Source: Octopus vulgaris (lineage: Eukaryota). Taken from it: a stretch of DNA of 64,000 nt. Each line of letters opens with the position of its first letter. The stretch's first letter is position 1. The notes below the pieces were generated by a model. The model was not told the DNA's origin and made no database searches. It saw only the letters and a list, made by a program, of their open reading frames with translations. A program made the translations under genes and the position numbers. Below are positions 43,755-57,316 of this stretch, one piece after another. The stretch lies in NCBI GenBank assembly GCA_951406725.2, contig OX597820.1:69688001-69752000 (forward strand), given 5' to 3'.

Positions 43755-46104
43755 ATTATTATCAGAAAATATATCACAAGTAAATCCAAAGACAAACTAT
43801 ATAGAGGGACGAATGTGTGTGTGATTAAAAATACAACATAATAGCAAACTTTCTCTATAAATCTCGATTTCAGCTTCAAACTTATTCTGATGATAATCCA
43901 ATATAATTCACTTTTTGTCTCTTTACTTCCTAACTTTGGGTGCTTATAGGCTTATTTCTGTTGTCTCGTAACAAGCCATTGTATAACGATTTCTTTTGAA
44001 TAGACACAAAGCCACCTCTTGCAGAACATTATGCAGTCTCGGTTGAGTCCATTCTTGATGTGCTCTTGTCTAATTTGCTATTCACCAATTTCTTAATCAA
44101 CAAAGAAAATCTCAGTCCAATTATCAAAAACGTCCGGTTTCCAGACAGACATCGTGTCTGGTATTGTTATACTCTTCGGAACGTGTACTACCAACAAAAT
44201 TGTACACGCGCTGTCTGTAGCTTATCGCTTCATTGTTATTCAATTAATTAATTAATTATCTAATTAATTAATTAATTTTTTATTTGTTTGTTAAAATATT
44301 ACTTCTCACAACTGTTGCCAGTTGAATGCCTTCCTATTTCTGTTTCGGAAATTGCAGGAAGATATTTAAAAGTTCGCACTTGCTTAGAAAATTATTTTGA
44401 CACAGCAAATCAATGATTAATTAGTTAGTTAACTAATAGAAAATAAAATTTGATTAAATGTATATAATTGGTTAATTAACTAAGTAACATTGACATTGTA
44501 TTATTAACCAGCTGACCGTACCACAGTATAAGGTCTGTTACAAAAAGATACTTTTGAACTTAGGTCTGCTACGTTCAGAGTTGTCCCTGGGCTAAAAATA
44601 TTAAGAACTGTGAAGTAGAGAGAGCAATTTAATGGTTGGTCGACTGGTCTAATCATTCTCAAACTTCAACGCTAATGTCTTTTAAAAAGAACGGTTACAT
44701 TGGATAATGTAGTTCTGGATCAGCTGTGCTTGAAAAACATAAACAATGGTCCGGGTTATATCATCTTTGATCATTATGGTTGCTTAATCAGAGCTGCCCT
44801 GGAGCTATAAACCATCACAACAATAACAACACTGATAACAGCAACAAACAACAAGAACAACAATAACTGCACCAACACATGTGTAGCAACTGTTAACAGT
44901 TGAAATACATTTCAGACGTTTAGGAAGTTTCACAATCCAAAATCGATGAAATCGCTGCAGAAATAATTGCCATTAATTGTATTGGAATATAAAGAATCCA
45001 CTGAGGACAAAATCAAGTGAATGACGTAGTCTCAGATATCAATAGTTGTATACGATTTCATCAATAGATTACTGAATGATTCAGGATTTCCCACATTCTC
45101 TCTTTCTGTCCAAAGAGGTAAAATAGTCTTGGAAGAAACAATGTAATTATGTGTTAAATATCCGGCTCTTTTCCATTTAGCCTATCATATTAATAAATAG
45201 TTTCCTCTAATTCTATCTAATTTCCTTTCATATAATCATATTTTCACAGGTATATCTTAGTCTCTCTCTCATGCCCCAACTAAATAATCCATGCTTTGCT
45301 GTGCTTATAGTTTTTCATTCCTCTTTATCACCAGACAGTTCCCTTATAAACAACATATAGCAAGGAAAGAGCAGTTATCTGAAAGATGTTTCTTCAATAG
45401 AATGGAGTTCTCATAAGAATCCTATGGCCAGCTGATGTTGTCTTCTTTATCTCTAATTTCCACTCATATAATGCTAATTAGTCTGCATGACAACTTAAAA
45501 CCCGCATCTATAACGTCAGATGTCCACTTGGACTGGCACACGTGACACACACCTCACACTTACACAATGCTGATGAGAGAAACAACACTTTAGACTCTCT
45601 TTACACCCCGAGGGATGTATTAATTAGCTTTGTCAAAACACAGCGATGAGAAATATAAAACGACTTTCACGGTAATAACAGAAGAGATTTATCGCAACAA
45701 CAATGGGCTATTTTTCACAACCTATTTTGTATATTGAGTGACTATGACTCTTAATATTTCTGATTGGTCAAGTTGACATTACCTTGACCAGAAGCGTTGC
45801 TTGACAAGTAATAGGCTCTGCTAATTCCTGTCTATAAATTATGCCCTTTTTAGTGTTTAATCACAGCAAAGAAAGAAACATTCGTTTTATTTCCAAACAA
45901 ATTATTTCATAAAATTTAATAACGATATTTTAAGTTATTTTTAGTTTAATCATAAAATGGAATCACATTATAAACATCTTCACATTGTCAGCTGTCAGGA
46001 ATTTTCAATAATATCAATGCTTTCAGGAAAAAAGAAATTGAAATGTGTGATGCCGACGCAGAATGATGACGATGATGATGATGGTGGTGATGGTGGTGGT
46101 GGTG

Positions 46105-46522
46105 GTTTCAAATTTTAGCTCAGGGCCAGTAATTTCCGTGAAGTGGGTATCAACTGGTACTTATTTTATCGACCCCGAGAGAATAAACGGCAACGTCGAC
46201 CATTTAGCGAAATTTGACCACAGAATGTATAGACGGACGAAATGCCGCTAAGTACTTTTTGCCCAGGGCGCTAGAAATTTTCCCAGCTTATACATCACTA
46301 ATAATAATCATTTACAATTTGGGCACAAGGCCAGGAATATCGAGGGAGACGGTCAGTTGGTCACATCGACTCCAATGCTCAACTGGTACTTATTTTATTG
46401 ACCCAGAAAGGATGAAAGGTAAATTTGACCTCGACGGAATTTGAACTCAGAAACGCTAAGTCGGACGAAATGCCGCTAAACATTATTCCCACTGTGCTAA
46501 CGATTCTGCCAGCACGCCGCCC
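46105..46522 (-). mobile_element. Two tandem SINE family B copies
   Basis: actggtacttattttat(c/t)gaccc...gacgaaatgccgctaa at ~46153 and ~46382. Confidence 0.85.
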
Positions 46523-46639
46523 TATTAATAATGATGATGATGATGATGATGATACCAACAGCTAAAACAAGAAGAACAACAATAATAATGATTTCTTAAT
46601 AGTACCAAACAACTTTACAACTACTAATAAAAGACTGAA

Positions 46640-47350
46640 TTATTAAAAACTAAACCGTCTCTCTTACAAGAGGAACATTCCAAGAAAATACACCCTCTCT
46701 ACTCTTTTTCTGCCTGGCAGTAGCACCTTTAACCAGCATGCTAAACAGAAATGGATATGGATACAACTGCAACGGTTAAAATCATCAAACATCTCTTGTG
46801 TATGGATGATCTCAGGCTTTATGCTGCGAATGACAAACGACTGAAAATATTGCTACAGGCAGTGTATGGATTTACCAAAGGTATAAGCATGTCATTTATC
46901 TAGAAAAATGTGCTAAAACAATTCTTATAAAAACAGGAAAACTAATTAAGAATACAAATGCTATACTGGGTAAAGAAAATGAAATAAGAGAACTGGACCG
47001 AAGACATATATATTCTTCGGAGTCACTGAACTAGATACAGTGCAAGACAGACAAATGAAATAAAAAGTAAGGAAGGATTATTATAGTCGAGTTAGATTAC
47101 TACTTAAGAATGCAAAAAAATATGATCGTAGGTATCAATTCTCTAGCTGTCCCAGTTATACGTTACTGTAAACCTATTCATAACTGTATACTAAATGAAA
47201 TAACTAAACAAAACCGGAAAACAATGAAAATATTGACTGCATTTAGAATACACCACCCAAAATCTGACGTAGAAGGGTTTTGTATACAAGAAACTGAAGT
47301 TGTTGGAGGCCTTATACGACTAGAAAGCTACAATAAAATGCCTACAGTAG
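46640..47350 (+). mobile_element. R4/Dong-clade non-LTR retrotransposon RT relic
   Basis: RGTFQENTPSLLFFCLAVAPLTSMLNRNGYGY, HLLCMDDLRLYA, LEKCAK, INSLAVPVIRY, RKTMKILTAFRIHHPKSDVE..GGLI match R4-type motifs (RGIFQGDSLSPL, HLLYMDDLKLY, HHPKSD.ERLY). Confidence 0.9.
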
Positions 47351-48439
47351 TGGATATTCGTTTAGTTTAAGCAAAAAGAGACGGTATGTTTATGATTTGA
47401 ATGCTCGTTATTATATATATGGATGGATGACCAAGGTACAAAACAATAACATCCGGATCGATAACTCAAGTGGTCTTTAATTATATATTTTTGTTGTCTT
47501 TTAATCAAATCACTATGATTGACTTTCGGATTGCTCTAGGATCGATAAAATATGTACGTGTAGAATATTGGTGTATATTTATTTAGTTAAATGATTTATT
47601 CATACTCAGCAGAGGAAGGATAGTGTTCATGATTTTTTGGGGAATCCGAAGCTCGTAAAAGGGAGAGAGGAAGTTAGTCCGAGACTGAATACATACAAGG
47701 GAAGAAATTTCGTTTAGGACACACAAAACCAGGATGTGGTGTTTAACTGAACGACAGGTTGCATGCATAACCCAAAAGTATGAACAACTACTTCCAGCGG
47801 ATTTTAACAGTTTCCATCTACTATTGTCTAATTACAAATCTTTGGTGAACACGAGGCTCTGTTAGTAATGCCACATGCTAGAATAATTCTATTCGTGAGG
47901 CGTACTTTTAACCACACAATTATACACGTATAAATATCTTCCTGCTGTGTAATAAATCATCATAATCACTATAATGTCTGATGAAGACTCATCAGTTTTT
48001 ACAACACAAATTAAAGATGCGGTAAGGAAACGAAATAATATTACCAATGAATAATATTAATATATTTATTTCCCCAAGTAGGTAGGAAACTATGGATATG
48101 TGTATGGATTTTTAAGAGTTTATCAACAAAGCATACACTTCTTTGCATTGCTGTGGTTTCTCGGAATTGTAAGAAGTTATTTCTTACCTTCTAGACGTAA
48201 CTATCGACGTTGCTACGACAACCGACAAAGCAGAATAGAATTTTTACGCAAGAACAGCAAATTGTAACACAAACATACAAATGAGCGCAAGGCACATAAT
48301 TCGTTTATAGAAACATGAGACTTATCCCGTTTATGAAACATCGATTTATGAATCAATCCAGATAAAGCTTTGCTTCATTTAAACAATTTATGAGATCAAT
48401 AAGAAATTACCTTTACTAAAAAAATAGCAATATTTATAT

Positions 48440-48648
48440 TGGCTTCAAATTTTGGCGCAAGGTCAGCAATTTCGAGAAGTAGTTAAGTCGATTACAGCGA
48501 CCCCCAGTGTTCAGATGTTATTTTATCGAACCCGAAAGGATGAAAGGCAAAGTCGGCCGCAGTGGTATTTCAACTCAGTATATAAAGACGGACGAAATGC
48601 CGCTAAGCATTTTGCCCGGCATGCTAACGATTCTGCCACCTCACCTCC
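48440..48648 (-). mobile_element. SINE family B
   Basis: cccgaaaggatgaaaggcaaagtcg...gacgaaatgccgctaagcattttgcccggcatgctaacgattctgcca. Confidence 0.88.
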
Positions 48649-48761
48649 TAACAATATATCTATTAATAAATCTTTCCGTGATTCGACTGCATTAAAATGT
48701 TTCTTCTATTAATGTTATAAATTACATGTATCCATATATTACTCTATATCCACATTTTTTT

Positions 48762-48959
48762 TAGTCATTTGACTGCGACCATGCTGGAGCACCACCTATC
48801 CAACCCAGAACTTATGCCTTTGTAAGCCTAGTACTTATTCTATCGTTCACTATTGCCGAACCGCTATGCTACGAGGATGGAAACACACCAGCATCGGTTG
48901 TCAAACGATGGTGGGACGACAAACACAGTCACACAAACATACACACACACATACAGACA

Positions 48960-49029
<70 letters not shown>

Positions 49030-49145
49030 AATATATATAATCAGCCGAAATTGCGAAGATGATATCCGGTTCTTGACTGAAGATGTTTTTTGTGTCGTCT
49101 TCGAAATGTTTCACGTTCTTTTCCCAGTTTGTATTTTTTTACTTT

Positions 49146-49209
<64 letters not shown>

Positions 49210-49364
49210 ATATATATATAAATATACGACGGGCTTCTTTCAGTTTCCGTCTACCAAATCCATTCACAAGGCTGTCCGATGCTATAGTTGAAGACACTTG
49301 CCCAAGGTGCTGAACCCGGAACCATGTGGTTGGTAAGCAAGCTACTTACCATACACCCACTCCA
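48762..49364 (-). mobile_element. SINE family A with a nested ~105-bp insertion (49041-49145) in its microsatellite
   Basis: Tail agtcatttgactgcgaccatgctggagcacc, head aagctacttaccatacac; insert cagccgaaattgcg...cgttcttttccca is homologous to 62329-62490. Confidence 0.85.
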
Positions 49365-49800
49365 CATGTTATTCAAATTAACATGATACTTGTTGATATT
49401 CATAAATAGTTCTATACAAATGTTTAATTGACTCTCTAGTTACTACTTGAATTTACAAACTGACATTATACCATTTAATCTTGTCAAAATCTATAAAACT
49501 AATACTTCATATTAAATGTTCAATAATTTATTCATCGCATTTAATAGTTTTTGTTACTAATATTTTCATTTTTTTTTATTATTTCATGGAGTAAATTTCG
49601 GGATTTTTTACTTTTCTAATAGCGTTTATTTCATTGAAGCAGTTTTCCATCAGAAACTGTATGACATCGTTTTCTTTTAGCATTAAATATATTCGTGAAC
49701 AAGAGAGAAGTTGAGTTTTCAAGGCTTTCAGGAAGAGTCATTCTTTCGCAAGGAAGTAGAGTAATATAACAGAAGGGTGTTTATTTGTAGATTTTTAATA

Positions 49801-50382
49801 TTCTTTACTACTCTAGGCACAAGGCCCGAAATTATGGGGGAGGGGATCCAGTCGATTAGATCAACCCCAGTACGCAACTGGTACTTAATTTATCAACCCC
49901 GAAAGGATGAAAGGAAAAGTTAACCTCGATGAAATTTGGACTCAGAACGAAAAAGCAGAAGAAATAGCTATTTCTTTACAACCCACAAGGGGCTACACAC
50001 AGAGGGGACAAACAAGGACAGACAAATGGATTAAGTCGATTATATCGACCCCAGTGCGTAACTGGTACTTATTTAATCGACCCCGAAAGGATGAAAGGCA
50101 AAGTCGACCTCGGTGGGATTTGAACACAGAACGTAACGGCAGACAAAATGCCTATTTCTTTACTACCCACAAGGGGCTAAACACACAGGAGACAAACAAG
50201 GACAGACAAACAGATTAAGTCGATTATATCGACCCCAGTGCGTAACTGGTACTTAATTTATCGACCTCGAAAGGATGAAAGGCAAAGTCGACCTCGGCGG
50301 AATTTGAACTCAGAACTTAACGGCAGACGAAATAAGGCTACGCATTTCGCCCGGCGTGCTAACGTTTCTGCCGGCTCGCCAC
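49801..50382 (-). mobile_element. SINE family B head-to-tail trimer (period ~184 bp)
   Basis: Three repeats of gaccccagt(a/g)cg(c/t)aactggtactta..cgaaaggatgaaagg..tttg(g/a)ac(t/a)cagaac; full head only at 50340-50382. Confidence 0.92.
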
Positions 50383-51149
50383 CAAGTAACTTTTTAATAT
50401 TGTTTGTTCAACTCCTGTCGAGGAAAAGTTTAACTTTCATCCTTATGGCGACCCTAAAATAAAGTACCAGCTAAATATTCGTGCTGATATAATCATCTGC
50501 ATCTATAAATATTTTTTGTGTTTAGCCAAGAAACGATTATTATTTGAGAGAATAAATAGAAAGTCGTTAGAATAGAATATTTTTTCTGGCTTTTTGGATT
50601 ACCAGAATCGTTACAACATCGGGGAGAAAGAAATGGCTTGCAACATGCATAATAGTAACAGAACATGAACCAGAAGTATATATATTTCTCGCTGACAATA
50701 TCATTACTGTGGTTTGAGTCAGTTGTAACTAAGGAATATAGTTTCTGGCTTCCTTCGTCGTCCCCTGGGAGGGAGAAGGAAGTGAAATTTCTCCAATTTT
50801 TCCAGACCTGCGCCCGATGTCACTTTATGCTGTCTTGTGGCCTTAGGAGCAATATTCCGTTGTGTTCTACGATTATGATTGCTTTTCCCTATTCAAGCAA
50901 TCACAGCTGGGTAATTTTACAATTACATGCAATGCAACTGGTCCTTCTACTCTAGGCGCTCGACCTTTATCCTTTCGTCTCAGCAACGCAACAAGACAGA
51001 TTTCTGAACATAGCACATTCGCCTCGTTTGCACGAGGAAAAACATTTCACTGCAATAACTCGCGATAACTCTCTCCAACAACTACATATTATAAATGAAG
51101 AATCTATGACCCTTACAAGGCATGATACGCTACTTTTCAATCTTGCATT

Positions 51150-51540
51150 CGTAGCACGCCGGGCGAAATGCTTAGCGGTATTTCGTCTCCCGTTATGTTC
51201 TGAATTCAAATTCCGCCGAGGTTGACTTTGCTTTCATCCTTTCGGGGTCGATAAATTAAGGACCAGTTACGCACTCGGGTCGATATAATCGACTTAATCC
51301 GTTTGTCTGTCCTTGTTTGTACTCTCTGTGTTTAGCCCCTTGTGGGTAGTAAAGAAATAGGTATTTCGTCTGCCGCTACGTTTTAATTTAAAATACGCTG
51401 AGGTCGACTTTGCCTTTCATCCTTTCGGGGAACGATTAAATAAGTACCAGTTACGCTCTGTGGTCGATATAATCAACTTAATCCCTTTGTCCTTGTTTGT
51501 CTACTCTATGTTTAGCCCGTTATGAGTAATAAATAAATAG
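51150..51540 (+). mobile_element. SINE family B head-to-tail dimer
   Basis: Two units, each ending tgtttagccc(c/g)tt(g/a)tg(g/a)gta(g/a)taaa(g/t)aaatag; inverted relative to 49801-50382. Confidence 0.92.
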
Positions 51541-52457
51541 CATTCCTAGATAAAATTTCCACTTATTTCATATTTTTATTTTCCTAAAATTTTCGTTGCG
51601 TCTTGCAACATTTTTAATAGTCTTGACTCTGTCCGATATTTACACGTAGTAACGAACATTTTAGGTAAATAAAAATACGAAATATGTGGTAATTTCACTG
51701 GTGAGTGTGTTAAATTAAAAGGCACAAAAAGAAAGTGACTCTCCCCAGACACAACAGAATATGCTTCAACACACGAACTCATAAAGAATCTTGCAAACCA
51801 AATCCAAAGACGAAATAATTCCTAGATAAGATTATAAAAAGACAGGTTCTTGCATTGAGCAAAAATTCTTTTCAATCCCTGTGTCCTCACAGCGAAATAA
51901 TTGATATCTAAGGATTTCTTATAAGAAGTGTACGGCTACCAGTAGATTGTTTTATATTCGGAGTATAGGAAGCACTTTCCGGCATATAATATGTCAGGAG
52001 CCTAACCTTTGACTTATTTGACCAAGAACTTCAGTTCCAAAGAGATTTACGGATAAACAGGCCTAACGAATGGCAGCCAGACCTCATCTTACTAAAATCT
52101 CTGCAAACACCACAACTTCGGCGTGTTTTTGTGTATCTTCTGTCACAGCATAGTGATCCACACTGCTGTTCTGCCAAGAGGTAAAGCTAATGCCTCATCC
52201 ATGGGAAGTGAAAGTTAATATGCTCTAAACATGTCCGGTGATACCAGGTGTTAAGCATAGATCTTAAGCAAAAGGAGTATGTTTCATCACCTCTCCGATA
52301 TTTCCTGGACAGCTTCTTCTCAGCTCATTTCTGAGTGGTATTGGCCGTGTTGATCGTATTTTTCTCTTAGTTTCTGTAGTAATGAATTTCTGGCGCAAAC
52401 CAGAACCCAGGCACTTTCGCATGAAGCTTGGACTTACTTTTCCTGTTGCCTTACTAT

Positions 52458-52802
52458 TGGTGGTGGTGGTGGTTGTCGTGGTGGTGGTGGTGGTCGTGGT
52501 GGTGGTGGTTGTCGTGGTGGTGGTGGTGGTGACAATGACGAGGACACTAATAGTGAGTACGACGATGTGATGGTGATGACGGTGGTGATGATGATGATGA
52601 TGATGATGATGATGTGATGGTGGATGAGGAGAGGAGGAAGGGGAAGAAGAAGAAGAAGAAGAAGAAGAGGAGGAGGGGGAGGAGGAGGGTGTTGCTGTTT
52701 TTGTTGCTGATTATGATGATGATTGGTGGGAGAGATGATGATAATTATGCTGATGATGATGACAGCGGCGGACGTGGAGAAGGAGAACGCTGGTGATAAT
52801 TG

Positions 52803-52842
<40 letters not shown>

Positions 52843-52905
52843 AACGACCACAACGACGACGACGACGACGACGACGGCAGCGACAACGGCTATAACGATG
52901 CTATG
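52458..52905. repeat. Compound trinucleotide array (GGT/GAT/GAA/GGA/GAC)
   Basis: Direct reading. Confidence 0.95.
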
Positions 52906-53214
52906 ACGGACGTTCATATATTAGGGCATGAACACTAATAACATAGTATAAGGTAAAGAAGGCGTTCATCCGCTGAACATCAAATAAATCGCCAGCCCTG
53001 CCCAGCTGCAGCAAGGTCTTACCGACCAGTTGTTAAACATGTACCCACCGAATTCAGCGATCTACGTTTCTGGAAACAACACTGTATCAAACAATATCTT
53101 TCAGCTGCTGAGAGTAAAACACCCTTCCTACCCTCTCCCCCATACACCCTCCGCTATTCTTTCTTTCTCTGTTTTCTTTCAATCACTCTAGCTTTCTCTC
53201 TTCCTACGTGTTAC

Positions 53215-53282
53215 TTGTTCTCTCTCTCTCTCTCTCTCTCTGGCTGTCTATGTTTCTCTCTCTCTCTCTCTCTCTCCATCTC

Positions 53283-53365
<83 letters not shown>

Positions 53366-53439
53366 GTCTGTCTGTTTGTCTGTCTCTCTATCTACTTATC
53401 TGTCTTTCTATCTATCTATCTGTTTGTCTGTCTGTCTAT

Positions 53440-53493
<54 letters not shown>

Positions 53494-53682
53494 GTCTGTC
53501 TGTCTATATGTCTGTCTATATGTCTATCTATCCATCTATCTGTATGTCTATCTCTCTATCTATCTATCGATCTGTCTTTCTATCTATCTATCTGTCTATC
53601 TATCTATCTATCTGTCTATCTGTCTATCTATCTATCTGTCTATCTATCTATCTACCTATCTATCTATCTGTCTGTCTGCCTA

Positions 53683-53747
<65 letters not shown>

Positions 53748-53909
53748 CTCTTATTTTCTCTGCTTCACGCATTAGTTTCTACCATTAATCTATCTAACGA
53801 GGCAACCAGTTATCTGTCTGTCTGACTGTCTAACTATCTATTCATACATTTGTCTGTCTCTTTGTTCATCTATCTGTCTATCTATCAAAATATATATCTC
53901 TTTCCTGTT

Positions 53910-53971
<62 letters not shown>

Positions 53972-54119
53972 CTCTCCTACATACCTATGTATCTATTTAT
54001 CTAATTTATTATTTCACTCTCACATACACACTCATTTCGAAATATTCCTCTGTCTGTTTGTCTGTATCTCTGTTTCTTTCTCCCTCCCTCTTTATTTATA
54101 CATAAATACATACATACAT

Positions 54120-54166
<47 letters not shown>

Positions 54167-54200
54167 AATATACACATACATACATACATATATATATATA
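53215..54200. repeat. (TCTA)n/(TCTG)n/(TC)n/(CA)n microsatellite field
   Basis: Direct reading. Confidence 0.95.
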
Positions 54201-55292
54201 TCTTACTTGGAGAAAAGAAACGAAACGACGCGAAGGCGCTCAGTCTTGTATATATATATATTTAAAGACTGGTATATATATATAAAAATTAGAATTCTTC
54301 TAAATGTCGTTTCGACACTGAAACATTACTGATTTTAGATGTTAATCTGTATTTTGTAATTTTCATAATGTTGTTCACTATGGAATCTTGAATTTTAATT
54401 TTATTGAAAGGTTATTTTTCAAAAAGTTGCTGAAATAAAACTGGGAAAAAGATAAACGACAGAATTATTAGAGCGCTGGACTAAATGCCTTGCGTTCTTT
54501 AGTAGTCACATCACTTAATGTTTCGAGTTCAAATCTTGCCAAAGTCAATTTTACTTTTCATCTTTCGAAGGCCTATAAAATATGCACGTTGGTATAATCA
54601 AGTGTCCGAAGCATGACTGTAGTCCAATGAATGTAACCAGTAAAAGATCATTGGGCACATGATGTCATCAGTGTAATAGTTCAATACTGAACCCTAAGTT
54701 TGAAAACATATTCTATCGGGAACCAGCTACATCGAAATTTTCTAGAATATTTTTCACTTTATTATGAAAATTGAATTACTGATGAAACAAATTTACACTT
54801 ATATTTTTATTTATTTGATACTCACATGGTATGTGTAGCATGTTAGACATAGCAATTTAAAGATAATCACAGACACCTGATACTCAGTGTGTGGTTATTT
54901 CTGAAGTCTTTCTTTCTCAAATACCAAATCGAGATCCATGCATTGTTGTTTAGCCCCAGGTCAACCATTATCGTGTAGGTATGAGATCAAATGCGTGCCA
55001 GCAGTGATGGTTCCATTTTATTGTACATTAATTGTTAAGGCACTTGTAATTTGAAGGGATTTACCTGCTATCTATAGCAGAACAAGCAAATGAAGTCGTC
55101 AAGTTACTGATATCAAGTAATAATCGTATCGATATCGAGAAGTCTCTGGAGGTTAGTTACTGCGAGGCTTCCTAGAATATAAAACATTGTCAGTGTGTAA
55201 CGCTATTCAAAGTCAACTCCTGTGGAGTTTGAATTGTGAAATATTTTACTAAATACTGTGAATCTTTTATTCAATGTGACTTTAATATTATC

Positions 55293-55376
55293 AGTGTCTT
55301 CTACTATAGCCTCGGGCAGATCAAGGCCTTAAGTGAATTTGGTAGACAAACTAAAAGAAACCCGTCGTGTATATAA

Positions 55377-55441
<65 letters not shown>

Positions 55442-55646
55442 TGTGTGTATTTGTGTGTATTTGTCCCTCCCACCATCGCTTGACAACCGATGTTGGTGTG
55501 TTTACGTCCCCGTAACTAAGCGGTTCGACGGAGGAAACCGAAAGAATAGGTACTAGGCATACAGAGAATGTCCTGGGATCGATTAGTTCGACTAAAGGCG
55601 GTGCTCCAGCATGGCTGCAGTCAAATGACTGAAACAAGTAAAAGAA
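55293..55646 (+). mobile_element. SINE family A, 5'-truncated
   Basis: agtgtcttctactatagcctcggg...ggcggtgctccagcatggctgcagtcaaatgactgaaacaagtaaaag. Confidence 0.9.
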
Positions 55647-56019
55647 TATATATTATATAAAATCCGTTCTGTCTGTCTGTGTGTGTGTCTTCTAGGATCT
55701 CGGACATCCTCCATCCGATTGCACTCAAATTTGATATGTAGATACCGACGGTATCAGGGGATGTATAAGTCTTCAAAACAATTACAAAAATTGATTCCGG
55801 GTGAGAATGCGATCGATAAAGCCGTGGGAAATTGTTTTTCTTTGGAATAGAAAAAGAGTCTATCTTTATTTCTTCTTTTGCTGGTGTCTCAAATTTAGGT
55901 TAAATCAGTGTTTCTCAAAGGGGAGGCCTATGGGACGGTCGGACAAGTTGCTTTGAGAAAATTTGGTGTAAATGTTTGACGACTCAGCACCGTCCATTGA
56001 ATGGGGGGCGTTTTGCTAG
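55646..56019 (+). mobile_element. Non-autonomous Helitron-like element, copy 2
   Basis: 5' tatataaaatccgttctgtctgtctgt; 3' hairpin ccatt-g-aatgg then ttttg-CTAG at 56016-56019; colinear with 545-995. Confidence 0.8.
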
Positions 56020-57154
56020 AAATGACATTGTACCAGAACCTGCAATTTCTTCGTATAATAGAATTATCTAAGTACATATCTCATCCTTGTCAATGAGATT
56101 ATGTAAAAACGTAAGAAACTATGATTTACACCAATGCACACACCCATAATAAACCCGTATATTTTACGATAGTTTCGTTTTTACTCATCATAACAGGAAA
56201 CAGCTTTCATCTTCCAGAACAAAAAGATGATGATGCTTATTATAAAATCGTATGTACCGATGCATTCGCAATATGGCGAATGTCAAGCTTGTGTAGGTAA
56301 GTCATTAAACTCGATTGCATCAAAAATAAGAAATAGCTAGAACATGCAGATACGTTTAAAATTTTACTGTGATTATCTTCTTGTTATTAGTAAAGAAAAT
56401 GACTTGTTCCAGGTGTAAATATTTCGGAAGAGGCAAAATAAATTTCCTCTATGATTGTACAATGAATTACAACGTGACTTAACATTTATTACATTATAGT
56501 AATGTAAAATTTATGAAACATGCTCAGAGAGTTACATAATGAAAAGGATAATAATTTATTTGCAGCTAGCAGAGATGTGTTTCATAGATTTAAAATTTGG
56601 TATCATCTGCGCTGTCTCTTTCGTTGTGAATAAGCGGCAAGTGCAAACAGCCAAACAGCCGAGGAGATTTTTTTTTTATTGTATCACTGAACGTGAAAAG
56701 TACTCTCCCCAACATGCATCCAATATTGACAAAAGAGAATTTTTCTTGGAATGATTGCCACCTCGTGACTATATCACCTGGGAACAAAAACGAGATACGC
56801 TTCTGAGATCAAAATCTGAATTACTGCAACCAAAGAGAAGAATGAAAAAATATATATGAGAATGTGTATGCGTGGGAGAAAGAGTGTGTGTGTTCGTGCG
56901 TTTGTGTGTGTGTACGTGTGTGTGTGTGCGTGCGATTTTCAGATGTGAAGATAAACTTTTTACCTAGCATTGGGCCAAAGGAAATTTTGGGCCCCGTTGC
57001 AGGCTACCGATAGACTCTCAGCACATTTCAGAAATGTGTTCCTCTCAAATGAATTAACCTACCATCAAGCACTATTTCCTTTATGTAACATCAGGGGATA
57101 CTACATTTGAGAGAGTAAATAAACAAACAGCGGTTATCAAGCGATGTACGATGG

Positions 57155-57316
<162 letters not shown>

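Noticed and set aside
45570-45590. CTGATGAGAGAAAC hammerhead-like string
   Set aside because: No room for stem II and no flanking stems.
47978-47996. CTGATGA-agac-TCATCAG mini hairpin
   Set aside because: A 7-bp stem can occur by chance; no GAAA core.
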